64,000 nucleotides of DNA from positions 9,176,001 to 9,240,000 of the forward strand of contig CATNEN010000039.1 of NCBI GenBank assembly GCA_950097015.1. The letters are read 5' to 3'. Below, in pieces: positions 14,170-26,900 of this stretch. The stretch comes from Macrostomum hystrix. Taxonomy: Eukaryota; Animalia; Platyhelminthes. Position numbers and translations under genes: made by a program. The notes below the pieces were generated by a model. The model saw only the letters and a program-made list of their open reading frames with translations. It searched no databases and was not told where the DNA came from. Within the stretch, counting starts at the first letter, position 1. Each line of letters begins with the position of its first letter.

Positions 14170-14965
14170 CTTGCCCCATCTCTCCTCTATCTCATCTCTC
14201 CCATGTCTCATCTCTCCCTGTCTCATCTCTCCCTGTCTCATCTCTCCCATGTCTCATCTCTCCCATGTCCCATATCTCCCATGTCCTATCTCTTCCTGTC
14301 TTGTCTCTCCCTGTCTCATCTCTCCCTGTCTTATCTCTCCTTGTCCCATCTCTCCCTGTCTTATCTCTACCTGTCTCATCTCTCCCTGTCTCATCTCTCC
14401 TTGTCTCATCTCTCCCTGTCTCATCTCTCCTTGTCTCATCTCTCCCTGTCTTATCTCTCCCCTGTCTCATCTCTCCCTGTCTTATCTCTCTTTGTCCCAT
14501 CTCTCCCTGTCTTATCTCTACCTGTCTCATCTCTCCCTGTCTCATCTCTCCCTGTCTTATCTCTACCTGTCTCATCTCCCCTGTCTTATCTCTACCTGTC
14601 TCATCTCTACCTGTCTCATCTCTCCCTGTCTCATCTCTCCTTGTCTCATCTCTCCCTGTCTTATCTCTACCTGTCTTATCTATACCTGTCTCATATCTCC
14701 CTGTCTAATCTCTACCTGTCTTATCTATACCTGTCTCATCTCTCCCTGTCTAATCTCTACCTGTCTTATCTCTCCCTGTCTAATCTCTACCTGTCTTATC
14801 TCTACCTGTCTTATATCTCCTTGTCCCATCTCTCCCTGTCTTATCTCTCCTCCTGTTCCATCTCTCCCCAGTCTCATCTCTCCCTGTCTCATCTCTCCCT
14901 GTCTCATCTCTCCTTGTCTCATCTCTCCCTGTCTTATCTCTCCTCCTGTTCCATCTCTCCCCTAT
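14170..14965. repeat. 15-bp pyrimidine-rich minisatellite (same family as 12525-12823)
   Basis: Unit TCTCATCTCTCCCTG / TCTTATCTCTACCTG. Confidence 0.92.
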
Positions 14966-15671
14966 ATCTATGCCTCCCCTCACTCATCGCTACATTTTTC
15001 GCTTTTCGTTTCTTATGTTTTCACAGTCAATACAGTCTTTTGGGTTTTCTCTTTGGCAAACTATAAAGTTGCCGACCTCTTACAAAACCCAATTCTGTCA
15101 AAATCTCTGTCAGTTCAGCTTCAATAGATTTCTAGTGGACGTTTTTTATCTTAGTCGACAGGAAGACAAGATATGCAAAACAGCCCTAAGCTAAGGCTGT
15201 AAGAAAGACTGGCAGAGAAGTATCTAGAGTCAGTCCAAGTAGCAGCTTTGTGTAGCAGTGTGTTCTCTAACCCAACCTGCGCTTGTACGAAACTGAGCTT
15301 GGGTCAGCGGGGGGTTGAGTTTTCAGCTGTTTGAGAAGTCACTCGGCTGCTTCATTTTCATCTCTACCTGCTGGGTTCAATTGCGCGTTTTATGTATATT
15401 TCTAAATTGTTCGCTTTTTTTGGACCTAGCATCACCGAGTGAAAGAATGAAATAAAGAGCAGCTGGGTGAGGCGGTCACACAGGCTTCAATTTTATAATA
15501 GCGAACAAAAACTTGAGGCTATAGAAGGAACAGGGGTACCAAACGGCTTGTGTCTATGGCACAATAGACTAAACAGTTTTTTTTCTAGCTTCACTATAAT
15601 TATCTAATCTTTGCAGTTCTGGATTTAATGCAATCGGCTTGATTTGCAAAGAATTTTAAAACAACAGCAGC

Positions 15672-18600
15672 ATGTCTGACTACAGCGGATCGCGAAATTC
15701 AACTCCTCCCTCGTCTGTTCACTCTTCCATCGGCTCTAGCGCTGCTACAGTTACTGGTGCCGAGCCATCCGACCGTCTGCTGAGATCCGAGTGCCGCCGG
15801 CAGGGTGGCAAAAACTGCGGCCATGTGGAATGCCAGGTGAGTCTGTGCCTCAGCTGATGAAATACCCTGTGACCGCTGCAGTGATCCGATTGGACTGTAT
15901 GAGGCAATGACCCGATTCATGACTGAGATGTTAAAGGCAATGACCCGATTTATGACTGAGATGTTAAAGGCAATGACCCGATTTATGACTGAGATGTTGG
16001 AGGCAATGACCCGCTGAATGACTGGGGTGGTAGTTGCAATGGCTCGCTGAATGACTGGGGTGGCAGTGGAAATGACCCACTGAATGACTGAGGACTGGCA
16101 ATGACCCACTGAATGACTGAGGAGTGGCAATGACCCACTGAATGTCTGAGGAGTGGCAATGACCGACTGAATGACTGAGGAGTGGCAATGACCCACTGAA
16201 TGTCTGAGGAGTGGTAATGACCCACTGAATTACTGAGGAGTGGCAATGACCCACTGAATGACTGAGGAGTGGCAATGACCCACTGAATGACTGAGGAGTG
16301 GCAATGACCGACTGAATGACTGAGGAGTGGCAATGACCGACTGAATGACTGAGGAGTGGCAATGACCCACTGAATGTCTGAGGAGTGGCAATGACCCACT
16401 GAATGACTGTGGAGTGGCAATGACCCACTGAATGACTGAGGACTGGCAATGACCCACTGAATGACTGAGGACTGGCAATGACCCACTGAATGACTGAGGA
16501 TGTAGTGGCAATAAACCGCTAAAATACTGTTTTCGTTAGATAAACAAAATGGTGCCGAATTTCGTTTAATTCAGGTGCGCGCGTCCCAATCACAGCGAAG
16601 CGCAGCGGAGCACCAGCACCTGCATGACCATGAATATGAGCACCATTCGGGCACGCCAATGTCCATGTCGCCAGCCCTGCCCACAGCGGTGGCTTATCGG
16701 CGCAGCACCAGGCTGGACGCGCACTTAAGCGCCCGCACCACCACCACTACAACTACCACCACCACTACTAGGCGAGTTGTCAGAAGCAGTCTGTTGGACT
16801 CTGCTCCTAGTAGCAGCGGTGGGTTTGCGTCTTCGGCTCTTAGCGGCCGGCTGAAATTCAGCAGCAATAATAGCAACAAAAGCGAGGAGGCTGACGAAGA
16901 TGATGATGACGAGGAAGCGATTGAGAAGGGCGCCCTGGAGGCTCATTTGAGCATGAAAGAAAACTTCGGAGTGGATGACTTTGACGAAGAAATATTTGGT
17001 CAACAATTTCGCGGTGGCCTTGAAGAAAATGTTGCTGGTGGCGGTGGTTTCGGTGGCATTGTTATAGCCACCAAGACGCTAATGTCTAGAACATTTTATA
17101 AAATCCTGTGGGCGATCGCTTCAGTCTGCTCTTTCGCGAAGTCTGGATTCTTACGCTCTGTTGCTATGGCAACCTTTGTCCTGCTAAGCTGCTTCCACTA
17201 TGTCTCGCTTGTTGGTACCAAATTTCTATACTATTTTTGTGGAGGTCTTACATTTGTTGTCTTGACAACCGTTGGAGGTGTGCGCAAGACTGCTCAGCTG
17301 CTGGCTCGTGTGATTCACTCCGCATCAGTGATCCTAGGCACTCTCAATACGGCTCAACTTTCCTTCATGAAAGCTGTGACACTGATCACTTACGGTGCAT
17401 TGTCTAGCGTCGCGCAGGCTGCTTACTTACCGGTAACTGCTGTTCGAGCTGTTGCTATGGCAACTCTTCGTCAAGCTAGTAACGGATTTCGCTCAGTTTC
17501 GCAGCTGTTTATTGTGGCCAACAACAATGAGAGGCGTCACAAGCGATCCTGCCTGTGCCTGCTGCTTCTTATTCTGCTGCCTCTCCTCCTGATGCTAGCT
17601 GCCTGGCTTGGCTATGCTTATTTGCCTAGCAACCGAGTCGCTCAGCTAGCTTCCAGCGGCAAAGCCTTGCGCGCAGCCGGCAGCACATTCGCCATCTCAG
17701 CCAGCTCAGCTGGCACCTCCGGCGTCTCCGCCGTCAGCTGGCTGTTGCTATGGCTAGGCAACGCTACTGCGACAGCTTCCAATGCCGCTATACAGTCTGT
17801 GTCGACATGGTCGTCGATTAAGTCACCATCAACACCGACGATTGCGCCATCTTCGGCCGCAGCTAGCTGCTGTCGCGCTGACTTATCAGCCTTGGAGATG
17901 CATGTGGCCGCTCTGCGCACCGCCATGGCCAGTCTGGAACAAAAAAGCCATCGGAATCCCGAGCCGCTGCCACCGACGCCGCCGCCTCCGCCGTCACCTC
18001 CGGCCGCATCTGTTGAGGCTTTAGCAATGACGGATAAGCATTTGGCTAATCTGTCAGCCAGGCAAGACAGTTTAGAGCAGCGATTCGTAAAGTTTTCTTT
18101 AGAAATACAGAAAGCGGGCGACGCAGCCACCGCCGCCGCTGTTGCCGCCGCCGCTGATGCCGTCGCTCGATCGTCTGCCAACTCCTCCAACACCCTGTTT
18201 GAGATCTCGCAGAGGGTGACGCTATTGTCGTCCCGTCTCGAAGCCGAAGCTGAGCGTCAGAGGCTGCAAACAGATGAAGCAGTGGCAGCAGTTGCCGACA
18301 AGGAAGCCAAAACTGTTGCCGAAATTCAAGCCCGCCTCGTTCATCTAGAACTGTCCATCGCTTCCTTGTCGGCTCAGTGGAAATCTTCTTCAACAATGAC
18401 ATCGTCAACTGCAGCAAAAACAAGCGAGATTGTCTTGGCCGATCAGATGCCAGACTTTGCTCTGCACAGCGCTGGCGGTTACGCAGTCAGCACCCGTTGC
18501 ACATCGGCTTACACCGCCAAGAGCTCTTATTTCCACCTGTTGGGCCTGCCTGTGTTCTCCTACATCAACGGTCCGAATGTGGCCCTTCAGCCCGGCCTGC

Positions 18601-18974
18601 AGCTGGGCGAGTGCTGGCCGTTTGTCGGCTTCCCCGGCCACCTAGTGGTTAAGCTGGCTGTCCGAGCTAGAATTAGTCACGTGACCGTTGATCACGTGCC
18701 GCGCAGCCAGACCTACAACGGCACTGTCGCCAGCGCGCCCAGGCAGTTCTCAGTCTACGGTCTGAACTCGGAACGAGACGAATTCGCTCAAGCCAAGCTG
18801 CTTGGCAGCTTCGTTTATAACGCCGACAACGGCACCTCTAGCCAGACTTTCGAGCTAACTCACAATGAGAACACAGCGGCCGCCTATCCTTGCGTCGAGC
18901 TGGTTATTCTCAGCAATCACGGCGCTGAGCACACCTGCCTTTATAGGTTTCGCGTGCACGGCTCTTTAGTGTGA
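15672..18974 (+). CDS. SUN-domain (Sad1/UNC-84) inner nuclear membrane protein, 2 exons, ~854 aa
   Basis: Exon 15672-15836 (donor CAG|GTGAGT) plus exon 16575-18974 (acceptor TTCAG). Hydrophobic TM segment (CLCLLLLILLPLLLMLAAWLGY), a coiled coil, and a C-terminal SUN domain: DFALHSAGG, STRC, GECWPF, APRQFSVYG, SNHG..TCLYRFRVHG. Confidence 0.9.
15900..16500. repeat. 29-bp minisatellite filling the SUN gene intron
   Basis: Unit GGCAATGACCCACTGAATGACTGAGGAGT; degenerate longer copies on the left. Confidence 0.93.
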
Positions 18975-19364
18975 AAATTTTTAACTACTTTTACTATTTG
19001 CTGAACAAGTAGTATTTATGAAACATGGTATTCTTTTTTGGCTAGATTTAAGCTAAACATAGCATCTATGAAATTCCAAGGGTATCATTTGTACACTAAT
19101 GCACTGTAAGACTAAAGTCGCTTTTGTATCTGCCTAGCAAAATTGAAATTATTCATTCAGTAAATTCTACACGCTTACCATTACAAAAATGCCTTCCATG
19201 CTACAATTCCATACTTTTATTTATCTCTATAGCCATATTGTCATGTGCCGAAGATGCAAAGTATTTTTTATAATTAATTAAATAAACGAATTACTGAAGA
19301 TTCAAATGCTAGAATATTCCTGAATTAAGATAGCGAAAATATGTTTTTTTACATTAACATGGTA

Positions 19365-19770
19365 GGTCTACAGCAGTGAAGGACCGTAGGTTGGTAGCTA
19401 CCTTCAGCAGTGAGCTGCCGACAGCAGTGAAGGACCGAAGGTTGGTAGCTGCCTACAGCAGTGAAGGACCGTAGGTTGGTAGCTGCCTACAGCAGTGAAG
19501 GACCGAAGGTTGGTAGCTGCCTACAGCAGTGAAGGACCGAAGGTTGGTAGCTGCCTACAGCAGTGAAGGACCGTAGGTTGGTAGCTGCCTACAGCAGTGA
19601 AGGACCGTAGGTTGGTAGCTGCCTACAGCAGTGAGCTGCCTACAGCAGTGAAGGACCGTAGGTTGGTAGCTGCCTTCAGCAGTGAGCTGCCTACAGCAGT
19701 GAAGGACCGTAGGTTGGTAGCTGCCTACAGCAGTGAAGGACCGAAGGTTGGTAGCGGCCTGCAGCAGTGA
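19365..19770. repeat. 34-bp minisatellite
   Basis: Unit CAGCAGTGAAGGACCG[T/A]AGGTTGGTAGCTGCCTA. Confidence 0.93.
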
Positions 19771-20075
19771 ATTTATTTAAATTTAAATCTGTTACTCTTA
19801 CAGATTTCCTGTTTGGTGTTGGATGCTTTGCCCGTGTTTATTTTTTAATCTCGTTAGCAAGTTTTGCTGCCAAATTTCAGCTTCATGTTGTTTTTAGGTA
19901 CTTTTAGCAACATCCGCGGAGCAACTTTCTCTTCCTTTCTTCTCCCGAATTTTTTTCCCCAGTCGAGCGATCGTCTCATTCTCTACAATCCCACTACCCT
20001 TCCTTCTGTCCCTCGTTCAGTCTCTGTGTCCAGCTCTCCGTGTCTCTCCGTTTTAAACTGTTCTGTGCCCAGCTA

Positions 20076-20376
20076 ACAGTACAAAGACCAGGAGGTATTT
20101 AAAACACTTTTCTTTTTTCTGTATCTACCATAATATAGATACAGATCCGCATAAAAACCCAGATCACAGGACAAAATTTTTTCCGCTCTATCCGATTAAA
20201 CAACTTCCAAAATCACGCAACATTGACATCGTCGAGATATTTAACGACTTTAACCACCAGTATGGACATAAATTTTCTGCTCAAAAATTATTTTCCATAT
20301 AACCAGGTGTGTCGGCTATTAATGTTGATTGTTTTGTGTTGGGAGAAATGGGAAAAACTGCCTGGTCTCGCGACTG
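20076..20376. mobile_element. Diverged copy of TTAA-flanked CAGTAG MITE family
   Basis: Starts (TAA)CAGTACAAAGACCAGGAGGTATTT and ends CCTGGTCTCGCGACTG(TTAA). Confidence 0.45.
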
Positions 20377-20778
20377 TTAAGCTTTAGTTGCTAAGAAATG
20401 CTACCTTATATTATTGTTTTGAAAGCTAAATTTTTAGTACTAAAAAGTTTTTTAAGGTGCAATATTAGTAAGATTTGTTTTTCGAAAGTTTCCCATGCTA
20501 CTCAGCAAAGCCAAATGCAGATTTATATCCTTTTGTGTAAAGTGTGAACGCATTTTCAATTTTTTTGCTTTTTGTAGCTCAAAATTTCTACTGTCGTTTC
20601 TGTTGATTTCTCTGTCCGCTAGTTTGTATTCCAGTGAAATGCGTCAAAGTTTAAATCTAAAAATTATACTTCACAACTCCTTCCACAGCACTAATATTGC
20701 TTTGTTTTTTTCAGTTTTGATGCGAAATTCGAAATGCTTGCTGACTTTATTATGATTTCTGGGTGCTTTGTGCGAAAC

Positions 20779-21727
20779 TGATCTCCCCAACTCAAAGGAT
20801 GGGATCTACTGATCTCCCGACTCAAAGGATGGGATCTACCGATGTCCCCAACTCAAGGCATGGGATCTACCGATCTCCCAACTCAAGGCATGGGATCTAC
20901 CGATCTCCCAACTCAAAGGATGGGATCTACCGATCTCCCAACTCAAAGGATGGGATCTACCGATCTCCCAACTCAAAGGATGGGATCTACCGATCTCCCC
21001 ACTCAAAGGATGGGATCTACCGATCTCCCCACTCAAAGGATGGGATCTACCGATCTCCCAACTCAAAGGATGGGATCTACCGATCTCCCAACTCAAAGGA
21101 TGGGATCTACCGATCTCCCAACTCAAAGGATGGGATCTACCGATCTCCCCAATCAAAGGATGGGATCTACCGATCTCCCAACTCAAAGGATGGGATCTAC
21201 CGATCTCCCAACTCAAGGCATGGGATCTACTGATCTCCCAACTCAAAGGATGGGATCTACCGATCTCCCAACTCAAAGGATGGGATCTACCGATCTCCCA
21301 ACTCAAAGGATGGGATCTACCGATCTCCCAACTCAAAGGATGGGATCTACCGATCTCCCAACTCGGCATGGGATCTACCGATCTCCCAACTCAAAGTATG
21401 GGATCTACCGATCTCCCCACTTAAAGGATGGGATCTACTGATCTCCCCAACTCAAGGCATGGGATCTAACGATCTCCCAACTCAAGGCATGGGATCTACC
21501 GATCTCCCAACTCAAAGGATGGGATCTACCGATCTCCCAACTCAAAGGATAGGATCTACCGATCTCCCAACTCAAAGGATGGGTTCTACCGATCTCCCAA
21601 CTCAAAGGATGGGTTCTACCGATCTCCCAACTCAAAGGATAGGATCTACCGATCTCCCAACTCAAAGGATGGGATCTACCGATCTCCCAACTCAAGGCAT
21701 GGGATCTACTGATCTCCTCCCCAACTC
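20779..21727. repeat. 30-bp minisatellite
   Basis: Unit ACTCAAAGGATGGGATCTACCGATCTCCCA, ~31 copies, with an internal imperfect hairpin TGGGATC..GATCTCCCA. Confidence 0.95.
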
Positions 21728-22339
21728 ATGGCATGTTGAAATATTTCACTACTCGAATAGTTGTACCACTTGCTACTGCGAGCTCAACATGCTACTTGCT
21801 TCAGTAGTGTAACAGTGCAGTTAAGCAGTAAAGCTCGGCGTTCTCAGCACAGGTAAATATATAGCGTACTAGTAACTAACAATGGGATATTGGGAATATA
21901 TGGCCACAATGAGGCTGGCTAGCACTTGAGTACTGTCTGCGCATCAAGGGTGAAAGATTTCAGACCTTCAGAAAGTTGCTTCTAGTGTTGCAGCAGCAGC
22001 TGCGGCTTCAGCTCTTGACCCTCCTATGAGCTGTTTGCTGCTGCAGTCTCAATAACTGCTTGAGCTCTCGCTCTTCTCAGAAGGGTGCATTGATCCACTC
22101 CCTGTTCATTTATTGACACTACTTGGACTATAGATTGTGGGCAAATTGTATTATTTATGGCACCCTTGGGGGCATTTTCATTCAAGACTGTTTTGCATCT
22201 TAGCTAAAGAGGCCTCCAAAAGCAATACTGATCATGACTTGCATCGCTGCTGCAGCCTTATCTTTTGCGGATGAGTCCAATATTTTTCCTCTTTGATATA
22301 TTCTCGATTTTCTTGCATGATCGTTTTGGCTTCTGCTGC

Positions 22340-22600
22340 TTAACGCGTTCGCCTCACGCACCAAGGTCCCTGAGCTCGATTCCGCGGCGAGGCCACTTTC
22401 ATTCGGGGCACAGCTTCGGAAGGAAGGCTTAGGGGTTTGTCATGCAATTTACGCCCAGTCTCTAGGGCACAGTGGGAGTGTGCACTGCCTGACGATGAGA
22501 CAGTCAGGGGAGATGTACACACCTGTGTGAGTGTGTGTGCCCAGGAGTCACCGGGATGAGCAGAATTGCCTCCTCGCTGCGGCAGGTTGATTGTCACAAA
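22340..22600 (+). mobile_element. tRNA-derived SINE, family A
   Basis: TTAACGCGTTCGCCTC...GAGCTCGATTCCGCGGCGAGGCCA...GTGCACTGCCTGACGATGAGACAGTCAGGG, the reverse complement of 1-229. Confidence 0.7.
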
Positions 22601-22707
22601 CTGATGTGCCCTCCTGCTAATACAAGTATTATTATTATATCGCACAGCAGTAACACTCAACTTGCAGTTGTAGATGCCGGCTTTTGAAATATCCAGAAGT
22701 CTTTTAA

Positions 22708-23045
22708 CAGTAGAAAAACCACGTTTTCCCCAATGGGGAATGACCCGGCGGTATTTCAAATTCCCACTGCCTACCTCACGATAGATCCCAAACAGAATGA
22801 CCGATTTTCGTGAAAGTCCACCATATGGATCTAAATTTTCCGCCCTTTACGATTACCAAACTTTCAAAGCCGTCCGATGTCAGCATCGTCGAGACATTCC
22901 AGAATGTTGTGTGATTCTGGACGTTGTTTATTCGGAGAGAGCAGACAATTTTAGCCCCGTTCTTCATTTTCATGGTGACCGGTTGAGTATTTTTGGAGAT
23001 ACAGAAAAATGTGGGCATTTGAAATACCCCGTGGTCTTCCTACTG
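22708..23045. mobile_element. Non-autonomous TIR element (MITE), best copy of CAGTAG family
   Basis: TTAA|CAGTAGAAAAACCACG ... CGTGGTCTTCCTACTG|TTAA: a 16-bp TIR with 2 mismatches, plus subterminal inverted GGTATTTCAAAT/ATTTGAAATACC. Confidence 0.8.
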
Positions 23046-23943
23046 TTAAGACTCATCTGAAAGTATTTGAGAGTACTTGAGTAACTATAGCAATGCTGCA
23101 GTAATCTGATCCTGGCGTCCATACTAACTGAGCTACATGCGTGCAAACACACAGTTGTCAAACATAAGGAAACCCCGTATGAAATTTGAAGATGCGATGC
23201 AGGGCGGGACTGCGAGTTTCTATCCTGCATCCCTCTAAATCTTATTGAAAATTGGGAAGTGCTTTTTGCTCGTCATAGTCTTACTTAAAGTTCATACTGG
23301 TTTTAACATTTTCACTTTTTTAAGTAATCGGATGAAATCTTAGCTAAATCTTAGTCGATATGGACTCTATGATGACTTAGTTGAATTTGCATAATTATAG
23401 CTAGTGTATTTCATACACCCCTATACACGAATTTGCACTGCACCTCAGTGCGGCCTTGCCAGGCCTTCAAACTTTATCAGCACGTCACCCGAATGTGCCT
23501 GCATCATCTCCGTCTTCGGTGGTCACCGACCGTTATCTAGACGAGGCTGCTCGACTTACACTTAATCGGACATTTCTAATTAAGCTAGCAATTCTCTGCG
23601 AAAAATCAGCAAAAAATTATTTTTGTACGGTTTTGAGTACTTTACTGCATTGCCAGTTCATACCATATAGCAACTGCATAACAACAATTGTTAATAGTTT
23701 TGGGGCAAGACACAAGGCGGTTATATTTAGATGTTAATAAGACCAAAAATAGCATTTACTCATGCTCGCTTGTACAATGGTCAAAACACACAAACAGGCG
23801 CTTCACATTATCGTAGGGGTATTAGCAGTGCACTTTATGAAGATGATGCAAGCTCAGGGAATTGCCTCAATGAATTGTCTTAACCATCATGATTTAATGA
23901 AAATTTAATTAATACGATGCGCGAAAATCTGTCCCCAATCGCG

Positions 23944-26900
23944 TTAGTCGTCCACGAAGTCGTACAAGTTTTCAAACTGGTTCAGCGGATGCATCTCCAC
24001 ATCCAGCTCGCCGTCTGTATGGTTGGCGAACGTCTCGGCCGCGACAGAGTCCGCCGCCGCAGTTGTCGACGCTCCGGTTGAGGCTGGGTCAACGCGCCGA
24101 CGCTGGCTGGCCTGAAGTTTTCGCCCAGTGGCGCCGCACTCCGAGCAACGGCCGGCTGCTGCGGCGCTCTTTGAACCTGACGCAGCCGGCGTGACGCCGC
24201 CATTGTTGAAGGGAGCAGCGGTGGTGCCGCCGCTGCTGCTCTCGAAACTGTCGGGCTTGTGCACCGGCTTCTCTTTGCAGTGCCTCTGCCGTCGCAATCG
24301 ACGCCGCATACATACAAAGCGGCACAGGGTGGCAACTACGGCCTGACCGATTTCCACCACCTCGAATAGGCCGACTATGCTGACGCCCAGGTACAGTCCG
24401 AGCTGGCCACCAATGTCCGACATGAGCTGGGAGAATGGGAACTCGATTGACTCCACCACCTGGGCGAAAAAATTGACAAAAATAATGAGAGCGATGAGCT
24501 ACACAACAGTACTTTATGAGGTGCTTGGCGTATTTGGTGACACTAGACCCGCAGCCAGCGAGAAGGCAATTCTACCCATTTCGCTGACTATTGAGCACAC
24601 ACGCACACAGATACTGAACGCAGGCACACGCTCACAAAGGTGTGTACATCTACCTTGACTTTCTTATCGTCAGGCAGTGTACACTCTTACTGTGCCTTGG
24701 AGGTTGGCCCTTAAGGGCTTAAATTGCACGACACGCCCCCAAAGCCTTCTCTCCGCGGCTGCGCCCCCAAAAGAAGCTCAGGCACATTGGCGCAAGTGTT
24801 AACCGCTCCGCCACTGACCCCCCGACCAAGGCTTACTAAAGTAACGTTTCTATTACTTTAGTAGTCATTGATCTCATCTCTCGCACTAAGGTTAATGAAC
24901 TCAAACCCACAGCGAGGCTGCATTCATTTGGTGCCCTCACTGTCACTCTGCCTCACTGTCTCTCTCCCCCACCGTCACTCCCCCCCACCGTCACTCTTCC
25001 CCACTGTCACTCTCTCCCACTGTCACTCTCCCTCAATGTCACTCTGCCTAAATGTCACTCTCCCTCACTGTCACTCTCCCTCACTGTCACTCTCCCTCAG
25101 TGTCACTCTGCCTCACTGTCACTCTGCCTCACTGTCACTCTCCCTCACTGTCACTCTCCCTCAGTGTCACTCTGCCTCACTGTCACTCTCCCTCAATGTC
25201 ACTCTCCCTCACTGTCACTCTCCCTCACTGTCACTCTGCCTCACTGTCTCTCTCCCCCACCGTCACTCCCCCCCACCGTCACTCTTCCCCACTGTCACTC
25301 TCTCCCACTGTCACTCGCCCTCAATGTCACTCTGCCTAAATGTCACTCTCCCTCACTGTCACTCTCCCTCACTGTCACTCTGCCTCACTGTCACTCTCCC
25401 TCACTGTCACTCTGCCTCACTGTCACTCTCCCTCACTGTCACTCTCCCTCACTGTCACTCTCCCTCACTGTCACTCTGCCTCACTGTCACTCTCCCTCAC
25501 TGTCACTCTCCCTCAGTGTCACTCTGCCTCACTGTCACTCTGCCTCACTGTCACTCTCCCTCACTGTCACTCTCCCTCACTGTCACTCTCACCTTGTCCG
25601 AGTAGACGCTGCGCGCCTTGATGTGCGCATCGGAGCAGTCGGTGCGCAGCAGCTGGCTGAGGTCCTGAATTGTCAGGTTGTTGCTGACGAAATCTATGAG
25701 CTCCATCTCCGACCAATCCGGGTGTTGCCTGGCGACTATGCTCATGGCTACAATCTGGGGAGGATTGTGGCGGAGTTCAGAAGGTTAAAATGTGACTCTA
25801 ATAATATTCTAAGCCTGTTAGACGGTGTGTATAACTGTCAGAAAAGAGTTTCAATGTGTTAAACAAGACAGGCGAATTCAAATCGTTTAGGGAACTTCAT
25901 TTGGTGACACTTGACCCGCTGCAGCGAGGAGGCAATTCTGTCCATTCCGCTCACTCCTGAGCACACTCCTTTATCGTCAGGCAGTGTACACCTTCACTGT
26001 ACCATGGAGGCTGGCCCTCAAGGGCGCAAATGACACGACAAGCCCCCAAGCCTTCTCTCCGCGGCTGCGACATAAATGAATGTGACCTCGCCGCTGAATC
26101 GAGCTCAGGAAACTTGGTGCGAGGCAAACGCGTTCACCTCCCCCCAAAAATCTTTTATGACAAGATTAAAAACCTGTTCCAGGTGATTTGCAACCTGTTA
26201 GATGAATATGCACTTCTTCCAGTCCGCTAAAAATGAACACAAACATGCTGCCTCTCGGCTAACTACACTTCATAATTTGTCAAAATGAACAGTGCTCAGT
26301 TTGGAGCACATCTGTTAGACGGGGCAGCAGGGAATCCTACTTGAACAGAGAAGCTGCTATTGGAAGTTAACACCGCTTAGTCTGAGCAGAGCCGGCTTAG
26401 ATTAGGAGAAAGTGTGACCGGATAATTTATGACTTGCAGCAGTATCGATCCGGCACAGACAGATATTGGTCTTGCTTCTGCTGGCCGGGCTGAACGCAGC
26501 GGGGCCAAGACGATCAAAGGGATGGAGAGACAAAAATAATATTAATGGCCGCGGCTTGTCTGTGTGTGGCGCTCATGTGAATCCCAGCTACCAAGCCTGA
26601 TAGCGCTGCAAGTGAGATGTGGCAACCTGATTTAGACTGGAAAAGTTGCATGGCCAATGTACGCTCGTTTGCGCCTAAAGTTTATGCATGTTTCTTTGAC
26701 CTGGGCCTCTCGTGACCTCTCCTGGTGCCCGCAAACACGTGATAAGAAATATTTGTAAAAAAAGAACACATGACTCTAATAAAACACACGACCCCAAGAA
26801 ACACATGATCCCAAGGAACACATGATCCCAAGAAGCACATGACCTCAAAATGCACATGACGCAAAGAAAGACATGATCCCAAGAAACACATGATCCCAAG

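Noticed and set aside
21950-22339. Coding-like minus-strand stretch
   Set aside because: Interrupted by stops, no recognisable family, no clear splice sites.
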